DNA of 44,320 nucleotides from Octopus sinensis (taxonomy: Eukaryota), in NCBI RefSeq assembly GCF_006345805.1, contig NW_021835052.1:1-44320 (forward strand), written 5' to 3'. The position numbers and the translations under genes are program-made. Shown piece after piece: positions 25,639 to 36,199 of the stretch. Below the pieces are notes generated by a model. It was not told the origin of the DNA, did no database searches, and was given only the letters and a program-made list of their open reading frames with translations. Every line of letters starts with the position of its first letter. The first letter of the stretch is position 1.

Positions 25639-25644
<6 letters not shown>
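25461..25644 (+). mobile_element. Short HHR-family element with the ribozyme partly deleted
   Basis: Reverse-complement homologue of 30234-30447; has CCGACGAAGAGCTC but lacks the following ~21 nt containing GAAACGTT; (TA)n on both sides. Confidence 0.85.
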
Positions 25645-25716
<72 letters not shown>

Positions 25717-26138
25717 GGGGGTGTGTGTGTGTGTGTGGTGTGTGTGTGTGTGGTGTGTGTGTGTGGCGAATGCAACGAGGAAGACCAACAACTTCAAAAT
25801 TGAAAAACACACAAAGACCGTTATTTGTAATGTGGCGGCGAAATTTTTGTCCCTCGAAACTGTGATCTGCTCACTGGCAAAAAATATGCAGCGGAATTAT
25901 TGACAGCGAAAAGGTGGTGGGTTTCGACTGGCAAAAATTTCAATACCATATTACAAACAATAAAGGTTTAAGCGACCATTGTGTGTTAACAAGTGTTTGC
26001 CACGTTGCAATTGCGTTTGTTTCAGCACACAGTCTCAGATCATAGCACTTGATATGCAAGTACATCTCCAAAACGTATGTGTGTGTGTGTGTGTGTACAT
26101 ATTTTTATGCGTGCCTGTATGTATGAATGCGATTATAT

Positions 26139-26204
<66 letters not shown>

Positions 26205-26325
26205 ACATCTATATATACATATATATATATATAATATATATATATATATATACATATACATACATACATGCATGCATACATATACAAAAATACATACATA
26301 ACACTACAATACATACATACATACA

Positions 26326-26361
<36 letters not shown>

Positions 26362-26363
26362 TA

Positions 26364-26568
26364 GTTAATAAAAAATGAAGAAAAAACAAAACTAGAATAA
26401 AACAACAACGCGAGAACGTAATACGTGCAAAGTATTAGCAGACACTCAAGGAAGGAAAGAAAAGGAGTTTTACGTTTCGAACAGAGCTCTTCGTCAGAAA
26501 CAAGAGACAGAAAAGGAAGACGGAAGAAAAAATTGTCAACGATCCACATGGAGTTTCATTTTGAAATG
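26364..26568 (-). mobile_element. Short (~200 bp) HHR-bearing non-autonomous element
   Basis: Shares TTTCAAAATG 5' end, HHR and CTCGCGTTGTTG tail with 30234-30447; microsatellite flanks. Confidence 0.8.
26467..26501 (-). ncRNA. Canonical minimal hammerhead ribozyme
   Basis: GUUU-CUGACGA-A-GAGCUCUGUUC-GAA-ACGU-A-AAAC: intact core, 4-bp stems I and II, palindromic ACGU stem III, GUA site. Confidence 0.85.
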
Positions 26569-26582
26569 TATATATATATATA

Positions 26583-26984
26583 TCTTTATATATAAAAGTG
26601 AAGTTGTGTGAGTGTCTGTCTCCTACAATTTAGATTCCTAACTACTCCCACATTTTGCGGTGCAGTTTAACCAAAACCGGGTATCTTATAGTCGTGATTC
26701 ATATCGAGCCCTTCTGGGTATTAGCGCGCGTCTACAATGAGTCTACGATTTTAAAAATAATTTACCATCATTTTTTTCCTTTTTAATGCATTTTTTTCGC
26801 TATTATATAAGGGAAGTAACTCTCTAAAAATGTCTACGATGAGTCAACGATTTAAAAATAAATTTGCCATATTTTTTTTCCATTTTTAATGCATTTTTTT
26901 GCTATTTTTTGGCTATAACTCTCTAAAAATGCTTATATAGTTATTTCCCTTACAAACCCGAGCAACGCCGGGCGATACTGCTAG
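26583..26984 (+). mobile_element. Non-autonomous Helitron
   Basis: A|TC start, internal ~95-bp tandem duplication, hairpin CCCG-AGCAACGC-CGGG (26957-26972), CTAG|T end. Confidence 0.9.
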
Positions 26985-27011
26985 TATATATATCTATATA
27001 TATCATGCATA

Positions 27012-27600
27012 CAGAGTGCGGTGAATAAACTGCCGTCTAAATGACGCAAAAAGGAAAACAACACTGACATCTCATTTTAACAAATATTTTGAAATACTAA
27101 AGAGTAAATTTATTCAATAAAATCGCCATTGACTCCAACCACGGCCTCGAGACAACTCTTCAGTACGCTCTCCTTGTTTAAGTTGGTGAATATTGCCATA
27201 ATCCTTGCTTTCAGTTCATCTTTGGTGTTGCAAGGAGTTTCGTTGGTCTCTCGTTCAACTGTACCCCACACATAATAATCAAGGAGGTTGTAGTGTGGGG
27301 AGTTAGGTGGCCAGATGTTAGGGGTGGTGTGGTCGCAGAAATTATCTGACAGCCATAATTGTGTTTTCCTGTTTGAGTGGCATGGTGCAGAGTCCTATTG
27401 CCAGATATAGGATCTTACAGCAGCCACCCTTTTGACCCAGGGGAGCACTACCTCCTCAAGTTGAGTCTAATGCTGTGTGGAAGATGAATGGAGGCATAAC
27501 GTCGCCATCACTAGTGATCACTAGAAACAGCATGATGTGGACTGGATGTTTGATTTTTATCACTCTCGGTACATGTTTTGGGTACTCAGATTGACTCTCA
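27012..27600 (-). mobile_element. IS630-Tc1-mariner transposase relic, DD37D (maT-like)
   Basis: IWQ*DSAPCH..WPPNSPHYNLLDYYVWG with 37 residues between the last two Asp; stop at 27110-27112; TA|CAGAGTGCGGTGAATAAAC terminus at 27012; other TIR not convincingly found. Confidence 0.88.
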
Positions 27601-27887
27601 AACAATCTGAAATATTCGTATTGGAGCTGACGGCACGAATGCTAAGCAGTACAGCATTTCTGGCAGTGTGAATTGTGTCATGGTACTGGTTTTCTCACAG
27701 ACGGTGCCCAACTGACCCTACTATACAGTGTAGTCGACGACAAAATCAAAAGGAAATAATGCACGAAATTATAAATATAAAATGGCAACAATTTACCCAT
27801 CGCTTCCTGTATATAGGTCAGTAGTCACATAGAGGTGCTGCATTACTTCCCGTGCAACTGTAGGCCTGACTCTCTGGCCATACTTCT

Positions 27888-27978
<91 letters not shown>

Positions 27979-28317
27979 CAAACACATACACACACACACG
28001 TACATACACACGTATATACATATTGGGGCCCTGAGATGTGTAACACACTGCCTAAATACCAATTTTGAGAAATTAGGCTTCTCAAAACCAGAAAGGAGAA
28101 AGCTAATTCGAAGACTACAAATTCATTCCATCACTGTAAAGTTTTTCATTTGAATATGTACGAGCATGTCTAGATATGCAGCGATATGTATGAGAATACA
28201 TACATGAAACATACAAATCTGCACATACATACATACATACGTACGTACGTACATACATACGTACATACATACATACATACATACATACATAACATACATA
28301 CATACATACATACATAC

Positions 28318-29254
28318 ATGATGGTTGCCAACTCGATTTCGAGTAGAGCCATTGCCCGATTTCTTTATGCCCCAGAATATCATCGTTGAGCTGCACGAAT
28401 ATGGCTTTTGAGGCCTGCCAAAGACTTGCATGCTTTTTGACAAGAAAACTTGGTGATTGTATAGTTTACAGCTCCGTGAACCTTTTCAAGCCAATTTTTG
28501 ATCTGCATACTTTATAGCTGAGAATGCATTCGAAATCATCTCTCCGTCTATAATCAATGTGCGGTTGTGCAATATGTGGTTTCAAATGGCTCTTTAGCCC
28601 AGCCTTCCTAAGACAAACCTTTCCACATTCATCTCAAGTTCATTAATGCTTGTTAGAACATCATTCCTGTCATTTTTTCTCATCTTTCTTTTGATCTTTG
28701 TGTGCTCCATTCTCTTTCTTTCAAATTCATTTTTGCCTTCATACACAACTTTTTCCCCTTTTTCTCGGTAATGAGCTAAATATTCCCAGTTGTCAATTGT
28801 AACATTTATCTTATTCAATCCCGACTTCAGACAAATCTGTGTACCTCATCTTTGGTTTGTCGGATGGACGCTTATCTGTCGCCAATTCTCCGTAAAAGAA
28901 GTTGTTTAGGCATTCTGTTGTCTGTCATTCTGATTCCACTCCATCTCAATCTGTACTGCAATCGCAAAGCTTCAATACTGAACCGTTTCCCTCTTTCAGA
29001 CACCACATCGTCACTCACAAATGTTTTCCAGCTGATCCGCAAAATCCTTCTTAGACATTGTTGGTGGAAACGTTCCATAAGTTTTAAGTGTTTACGATAC
29101 ACAGTCCAGGTTTCGCAAGCATACAATAAAGACGTATACCTTAATCTTTGTCGCAGTGGAAACACCATGTCTAGACCATAGGCGGTCTTCCAGTTTGCCA
29201 AAAGCAAAACTGACTTTCTGAATGCGTAGTGACACTTCATCATCAAGATTCGAT
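28318..29254 (-). mobile_element. RTE-clade LINE, 5'-truncated
   Basis: LDDEVSLRIQKVSFAFGKL, LLYACETWTVYRKH..ERFHQQCLRRIL, MPKQLL; C-terminal zinc fingers; ends in a (TGTA)n tail. Confidence 0.92.
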
Positions 29255-29305
29255 ACATACATACATGCATACATACCTACATACATAAATACATACATAC
29301 ATACA

Positions 29306-29338
<33 letters not shown>

Positions 29339-29668
29339 GCATGCATACATGCATACATACCTACATACATACATACATACATACATATATGCATGTATAT
29401 ATACATACATAAATACATACATACATGCATACATACCTACATACATACATACATACATACATACCTACTTACATACATACATACACACATATATACATAT
29501 ATACATACATACATTCATACATATATACATACATACATTCATACATATACGCATGCATACATACATACATACATCATACATACATACATACATACATACA
29601 TACATACATACATACATACATTCATACATACATACACACATATATGCATGCATACATATATACAGACA
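29255..29668. repeat. Long (ATAC)n array
   Basis: Direct reading. Confidence 0.97.
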
Positions 29669-30169
29669 TACAATCAAACAAAAATACTGATGTTGAAATT
29701 CCAAGGAACCTTGGATCTAGGTTAGAAACCGATGCTTTCTCTATTGGCAAGAAATATTGAAATATAACTGGAAAATGACATACATACATATATACATATG
29801 TATATATGTGTATGTGTGTGTTGTTCGGTGTGTCTACATGTGCAAAAGCGTATCTGTACACCAGGATCTGTACACGCTGTAGTATACATCGGTGTGCAGG
29901 TATATGCATGTGCGAAAGTTCCGTGCGTGTGTATATCTCGATCGCTGCAACTGAGCCTCTTATGTTTATATTTGTATATGTACACATGGTTCTGTGCATA
30001 TGAATGAGTGGCTTCGTTGGGTTAATTCATATACTTTCTTAATGTGGATCTATGCCTACGATCCTGTGTGTTTGTCTATATATATGTGTGTGTGTGTGTA
30101 TGTGTGAGTGTATGCGTATATATACATATATATACATATGTATATGTATGTCTATCTATCTATCTATCT

Positions 30170-30233
<64 letters not shown>

Positions 30234-30447
30234 AAGTTAATCTAAACAAGAAAACACAAAAAACACAACAACGCGAGGACGTGGAACAAATATAGTATTA
30301 TTGGACGCTCAGGAAAGAAGGAAAGAAGGAGGGTTTAACGTTTCGAGCGGAGCTCTTCGTCGGAAACATAGGAGAAGGAAATATCCAGAGAAGGGAAGAC
30401 AGAGGGAAAAAAATCGCCAACGGTAAACACGAGGTCACATTTTGAAA
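30234..30447 (-). mobile_element. Short HHR-bearing non-autonomous element
   Basis: Homologous to 25461-25644 and 26364-26568; (TA)n on both sides. Confidence 0.85.
30333..30367 (-). ncRNA. Minimal hammerhead ribozyme, U4C variant
   Basis: GUUU-CCGACGA-A-GAGCUCCGCUC-GAA-ACGU-U-AAAC. Confidence 0.8.
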
Positions 30448-30449
30448 TA

Positions 30450-30480
<31 letters not shown>

Positions 30481-30482
30481 CA

Positions 30483-30515
<33 letters not shown>

Positions 30516-31206
30516 GCACCTCGCCGTATGCATAGTTTTATATGCGAGCTGTAAACCTCTATTTATGGACATGGGTCTCTAAAAGACTTACGCCTGCACA
30601 CAAATATGGCCACAAACTTGGACCTGTATTTCATGAGTTCTGTTTTCCTTCTTTTATTTAAAAATCATCTTTGGACACGCACTCACTGGCATGTGTCTGT
30701 GAGGCAGATATGTGTGTGTGCGTGTGTGTGTGTATATACACGCGCGTGTATGTATGAATATTCATCTATATTTATTTATATACATTCATGCATTTATATT
30801 TCTATATATATGTGTGTGCATGCACACACACGTGCGTATAGCATGTGCCTATGTGAGTGTGATTCAGTGTGAGTGAGTGTGAGTGAGTGTGAGTGCGTGC
30901 GAATGTGTTTGTGAATGTGTGCGTGTATGTGTGTGTGAGTGCGTGTATGCAAAAACGTTGTCATCGCCACTGTTGTGGTTTTTGTCGCCGTCGTCATCGA
31001 CATCGAGAAGGTTGTGGTCAATGATGCTGCTGCTGTTGTTGTTGTTGTTACTGTTGTTACTCTCTCCTCCTCCTCCTCCTCCTCCTCCTTCTTCCTCTTC
31101 ATCTCTTCCCTCTCCTGCTTCTCCACATCCTCCTTCTGTTTATTGTTATTTAACACCGTTACATTCACGCTTCATACCTCAACTCAGCATCACTCTCTTT
31201 CTCTCT

Positions 31207-31268
<62 letters not shown>

Positions 31269-31670
31269 ACTCTTCTCACATTTGAACCCCCCACCGAACG
31301 GCTTTGGTGACGCAGATCACAAATCGATTTCCGCTCCAGCATTCTATTAAGTTGTTATCCTCCTTCATTCGTGTAATTAGTGAAGTGTCATTCATCATCG
31401 CAACCTTGCACACACACACACCATTTTAAGATTTGAAATAAATGGGAAGACAGACTGGAGGCGAATTATCGTCAGTAATGAAACAATCCTGCAAACGTCT
31501 CTTCAAACTTCTGTCTTCTTTCGAACGAAGTCTTTTCGATGGAGTTCCTGCGTAGTCTTTAAACAAGTTAGAAATAGCAGCGAAACCTCCTTCAAACTAT
31601 GCCAAATTCTCTTAAGAAAGGACAGGTTACATCATGTTCTCCTGGCTTCTCTATGTATAGGGAAAATGCG

Positions 31671-31849
31671 TTGGTCACTGCTGGAAGGCTTTTGATCAGT
31701 GTTGGTCACTGCTGGAAGGCTTTTGATCAGTGTTGGTCACTGCTGGAGGGCTTTTGGTCAGTATTGGTCACTGCTGGAAGGCTTTTGATCTGTTGGTCAC
31801 TGCTGGAAGGCTTTTAATCAGTGCTGGTCACTGCTGGAAGGCTTTTGAT
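31671..31849. repeat. 31-bp minisatellite, ~6 units
   Basis: Consensus TTGGTCACTGCTGGAAGGCTTTTGATCAGTG, head-to-tail with no spacers. Confidence 0.97.
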
Positions 31850-32610
31850 TACGTGTTTAAATTATCAGGATTGCTGAACTGTAGATTAACAACGACGATG
31901 ACAAAAACGCTTCTTCGAACGAGAACTTGTGAGTGGAGCCCCTATGAGATTATTGGGCATGCTAGAAATAGCAGTGAAATGACATGAATTCATATCTCTC
32001 TGCCTTAAACAGAAGCAAGTTTTCTATAATCCTACATATCTAAGGATTGAGACATTTTGAATGTCTTTAATTATAAATCTCTTTTATCAGAAAAGAAGTG
32101 CAAAGGTACCCATTAATAACAAAAAAAAATTTCTATCGTCAATAACTAAAAACATAATAATAACAAAATAAGTCTTATTCCAACGAAATATCAGAAGGCA
32201 GTCTCTCTGTGCAAACGATTTTGTCACCAAAGTTAATAGCATTAAAAGGAACTGGGACAGCAAATATACAAAAGAAAAATATATAAAAATATATAAAAAC
32301 ACTTGTTCACAAATTTTGGAGAAAATAAAGAAAGCAACAATAAGAAACAATCACAACAAAAACAAAGACAAAACGAAACCTAAATGACAAATCTAATTAG
32401 AAGAGAATAATTGCCGACAATATCAGAATGAATTGAATATAAATACTGAATAACAGCCACCATATTAAAGACTGCTTTGGTGGGCGGGGGGACGTAGATT
32501 GTGCTGACTTGTAAAATTCTTATTAATTAACGGTCTCTTTCGAAAATTAGAAATCGCTAATTATTTTGGGGCTTGAAAATGTATGTTTATAAGTATTTTG
32601 ATATCAACGC

Positions 32611-32663
32611 AAACATGAAATTCGGAGAATATATAAAAATGCTCACGTGCACGCACACATGCA

Positions 32664-32672
<9 letters not shown>
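32611..32672. repeat. Left arm of a 62-bp inverted repeat (partner 35864-35925)
   Basis: 60/62 identity to the reverse complement of 35864-35925 by manual alignment. Confidence 0.9.
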
Positions 32673-32721
<49 letters not shown>

Positions 32722-33085
32722 CATATGAATATATATGCGTGTGAACACAGAGAACATAAGCAATATTTCATGCTTTTCATGCTTTATATAATATACACGA
32801 GTTTCAACAAGGCGACTGCCGTTATTACGTTACCTGGTTTTCCATATTGCTCAATTCAATACAGTCAATACATTTCATCAACGTTATCAGGAAAAATACA
32901 TGCACACATATACACACACATATACGTCCAAATATATTGTTAATTATCGAAATTGCTAGGATGATCCGGTTCTTGACTGAAGATTGAAGGCTTCGAATGT
33001 CCCGTCCGTGTTTTTTGTATCGTCTTCTAAATGTTTTACGTTCTTGTCCCAGTTTGTATTTTTCTACATATAATATATATATATA

Positions 33086-33484
33086 TCTTTATATATAAAA
33101 GTGAAGTTGTGTGAGTGTCTGTCTCCTACGATTTAGATTCCTAACTACTCCCACATATAGCGGTGCAGTTTAAACAAAACCGAGTATCTTATAGTCGTGA
33201 TTCATATCGAGCCCTTCTGGGTATTAGCGCGCGTCTACGATGAGTCTACGATTTAAAAAAAATTTACCATCATTCTTTTCCTTTTTAATGTATTTTTTCG
33301 CTATTATATAAGGGAAGTAACTCTCTAAAAATGTCTACGATGAGTCAACGATTTAAAAAAAATTTACCATCATTTTTTTTCCATTTTAATGCATTTTTTT
33401 GCTATTTTTTTGGTATAACTCTCTAAAAATGCTTATATAGTTAATTCCCATACAAACCCGAGCAACGCCGGGCGATACTGCTAG
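33086..33484 (+). mobile_element. Non-autonomous Helitron (close relative of 26583-26984)
   Basis: A|TC start, same internal duplication, same hairpin, CTAG|T end. Confidence 0.9.
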
Positions 33485-33709
33485 TATATATATAATGAAT
33501 TAATAAATAGATAAAACATATGCATATATACATACATATATGTACGTACCTACCTCTACATGTATATATACATGCATATATGGGTACAGGACACCAAAAA
33601 AACGTCGAACGCAATGAGAAACGAAAACATAAACACAAAACCAAGGAAGTGGACATTTTTCTTAAACAACGAAAAAATAGAGTACAGGACATACAAAACA
33701 AGGAAAATT

Positions 33710-33771
33710 CCCCTTCTTCAGTCGCCTTTGTTTCATCTACTCCACGTTTCGAAGGTCAAGGCGATACATGA
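33710..33771 (-). ncRNA. Candidate non-circularly permuted hammerhead ribozyme (unit 1)
   Basis: UCAUGU-A|UCGCCUU-GA-CCUUC-GAA-ACGUGG-13 nt-AAGGCGA-CUGAAGA-A-GGGG; stems I, II and III all pairable, core canonical. Confidence 0.65.
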
Positions 33772-34112
33772 CTTTAATGAAACAATCCTTCCCGCGAAAA
33801 TCAAGTTAAATAAAATTTGAGATTTTTTTGCGGAGGGGTAAAAATGGTAACAAAAACAGGACAGTAACGACAGTACAAAATATTAACAGTAAAAGACAGG
33901 ACAAGGAGAATAACAGTAACACAAACAAGAAGGGCTGTTAAGCCGAACGAGATAAAAAATTTTACGAACGCTATTTTTTGAGAACGGTGAAGGTAGCCAG
34001 GAGAAGAAAGACAGTAGCAGAGTTCTCGTCGCGGGTCAACTACGGGAAGGAGGAGGAGGAGTAAGAGAAAGGGAGAGAAAAAAAGGGAATGGTTGTAGAG
34101 AAAAGAATGAAG

Positions 34113-34150
<38 letters not shown>

Positions 34151-34499
34151 TAAGATAGAAGAAAAGGAAAGCCAAAAGAATGAAGGCTAGAAAGGGAGGG
34201 GGAGAGAAAGGTTAAGAGTGCGCATCATTATTAATATTAAGAACAATCTTACTTTGAAATGGATGCGTGCGTTCCGTCATATAATAAATTAATAAATAAA
34301 TAAAACATATGCATATATACATACATATATGTACGTACCTACCTCTACATGTATATATACATGCATATATGGGTACAGGACACCAAAAAAAACGTCGAAC
34401 GCAATGAGAAACGAAAACATAAACACAAAACCAAGGAAATGGATATTTTTCTTAAACAACGTAAAAATAGAGTACAGGACATACAAAACAAGGAAAATT

Positions 34500-34561
34500 C
34501 CCCTTCTTCAATCACCTTTGTTTCATCTACTCCACGTTTCGAAGGTCAAGGCGATACATGA
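34500..34561 (-). ncRNA. Candidate permuted hammerhead (unit 2; C3U)
   Basis: As unit 1 but core UUGAAGA and one stem I G-C changed to G-U. Confidence 0.55.
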
Positions 34562-35306
34562 CTTTAATGAAACAATCCTTCCCGCGAAAATCAAATTAAA
34601 TAAAATTTGAGACTTTTTTGCGGTGGGGTAAAATGGTAACGAAAACAGGACAGTAACGACAGTACAAAATATAAACAGTAAAAGACAGGACAAGGAGAAT
34701 AACAGTAATCCAAATAAGAAGGGCTGTTAAGCCGAACGAGATAGAATTTTTTACGAACGCTATTTTTTGAGAACGGTGAGGGAGCAACAGATGTGCCGTC
34801 TCTACTTGAAGGTAGCCAGGAAAAGAAAAACAGTAGCAGAGTTCTCGTCGCGGATCAACTAGGGGAGGGAGGAGGAGCAGTAAGAGAAAGGCAGAGAAAA
34901 AAGGGAATGGTTGTAGAGAAAAGAATGAAGAATGAGAGAGAGAGAGGGAGAGACAGTAAGGTAAGAAGAAAAAGGAAAGCCAAAAGAATGAAGGCTAGAA
35001 AGGGAGGGGGAGAGAAAGGTTAAGAGTGCGCATCATTATTAATATTAAGAACAATCTTACTTTGAAATGGATGCGTGCGTTCCGTCATATAATAAATTAA
35101 TAAATAAATAAAACATATGCATATATACATACATATATGTACGTACCTACCTCTACATGTATATATACATGCATATATGGGTACAGGACACCAAAAAAAA
35201 CGTCGAACGCAATGAGAAACGAAAACATAAACACAAAACCAAGGAAATGGATATTTTTCTTAAAAACGTAAAAATAGAGTACAGGACATACAAAACAAGG
35301 AAAATT

Positions 35307-35368
35307 CCCCTTCTTCAATCACCTTTGTTTCATCTACTCCACGTTTCGAAGGTCAAGGCGATACATGA
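35307..35368 (-). ncRNA. Candidate permuted hammerhead (unit 3; C3U)
   Basis: Same sequence as unit 2 across the motif. Confidence 0.55.
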
Positions 35369-35863
35369 CTTTAATGAAACAATCCTTCCGCGAAAATCAA
35401 ATTAAATAAAATTTGAGACTTTTTTGCGGTGGGGTAAAAATGGTAACGAAAACAGGACAGTAACGACAGTACAAAATATAAACAGTAAAAGACAGGACAA
35501 GGAGAATAACAGTAATCCAAATAAGAAGGGCTGTTAAGCCGAACGAGATAGAATTTTTTACGAACGCTATTTTTTGAGAACGGTGAGGGAGCAACAGATG
35601 TGCCGTCTCTACTTGAAGGTAGCCAGGAAAAGAAAAACAGTAGCAGAGTTCTCGTCGCGGGTCAACTAGGGGAGGGAGGAGGAGCAGTAAGAGAAAGGCA
35701 GAGAAAAAAGGGAATGGTTGTAGAGAAAAGAATGAAGAATGAGAGAGAGAGAGGGAGAGACAGTAAGGTAGAAGAAAAGGAAAGCCAAAAGAATGAAGGC
35801 TAGAAAGGGAGGGGGAGAGAAAGGTTAAGAGTGTGCATCATTATTAATATTAAGAACATAGAT

Positions 35864-35925
35864 ATATATGAGTGCATGTGTGCGTGCACGTGAGCATTTT
35901 TATATATTCTCCGAGTTTCCTGTTT
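35864..35925. repeat. Right arm of the 62-bp inverted repeat
   Basis: Abuts the end of array unit 3; followed by an 11-bp direct duplication GATCCTAATAT x2. Confidence 0.9.
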
Positions 35926-36074
35926 TTGATCCTAATATGATCCTAATATCACCATAAACTTTATTATACAAACTTTGTGAGACTTTTACATTTCTTTTCT
36001 TTCTTATATACCTATCCCACATGTATACAGAACTTTCCATTCTTCACTATATCCACACACCACACACACACATA

Positions 36075-36149
<75 letters not shown>

Positions 36150-36199
36150 CATACAGACATACATATTTAATGATTATTGTGTTATCGTTTTGTAGGTGT

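Larger units (their letters stand above)
33491..35858 (-). repeat. Head-to-tail array of three ~800-bp units
   Basis: Units ~33491-34279, 34280-35087, 35088-35858; units 2 and 3 share variants, including a ~30-bp segment absent from unit 1. Strand assigned from the ribozyme-like motif. Confidence 0.95.

Noticed and set aside
27695-27732. Second TIR of the DD37D element
   Set aside because: Only scattered matches to the 27012 terminus; not enough to call.
31671-31849. CRISPR array
   Set aside because: Units are contiguous with no unique spacers, no cas genes, eukaryotic context.
32940-33068. Hammerhead in the repeat containing CTGAAGA (32967)
   Set aside because: GAAT rather than GAAA downstream and no consistent stems I and II in canonical or permuted order; may be a truncated relic.
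33721-33785. HDV-like ribozyme on the plus strand (7-bp P1 with G-U, TCCACGT resembling L3, crossing P2)
   Set aside because: P3 does not pair, the P2-to-P1 segment is 22 nt rather than ~13-14, and the GG of P1.1 and the CNRA junction are absent; the minus-strand hammerhead reading explains the same stems better.
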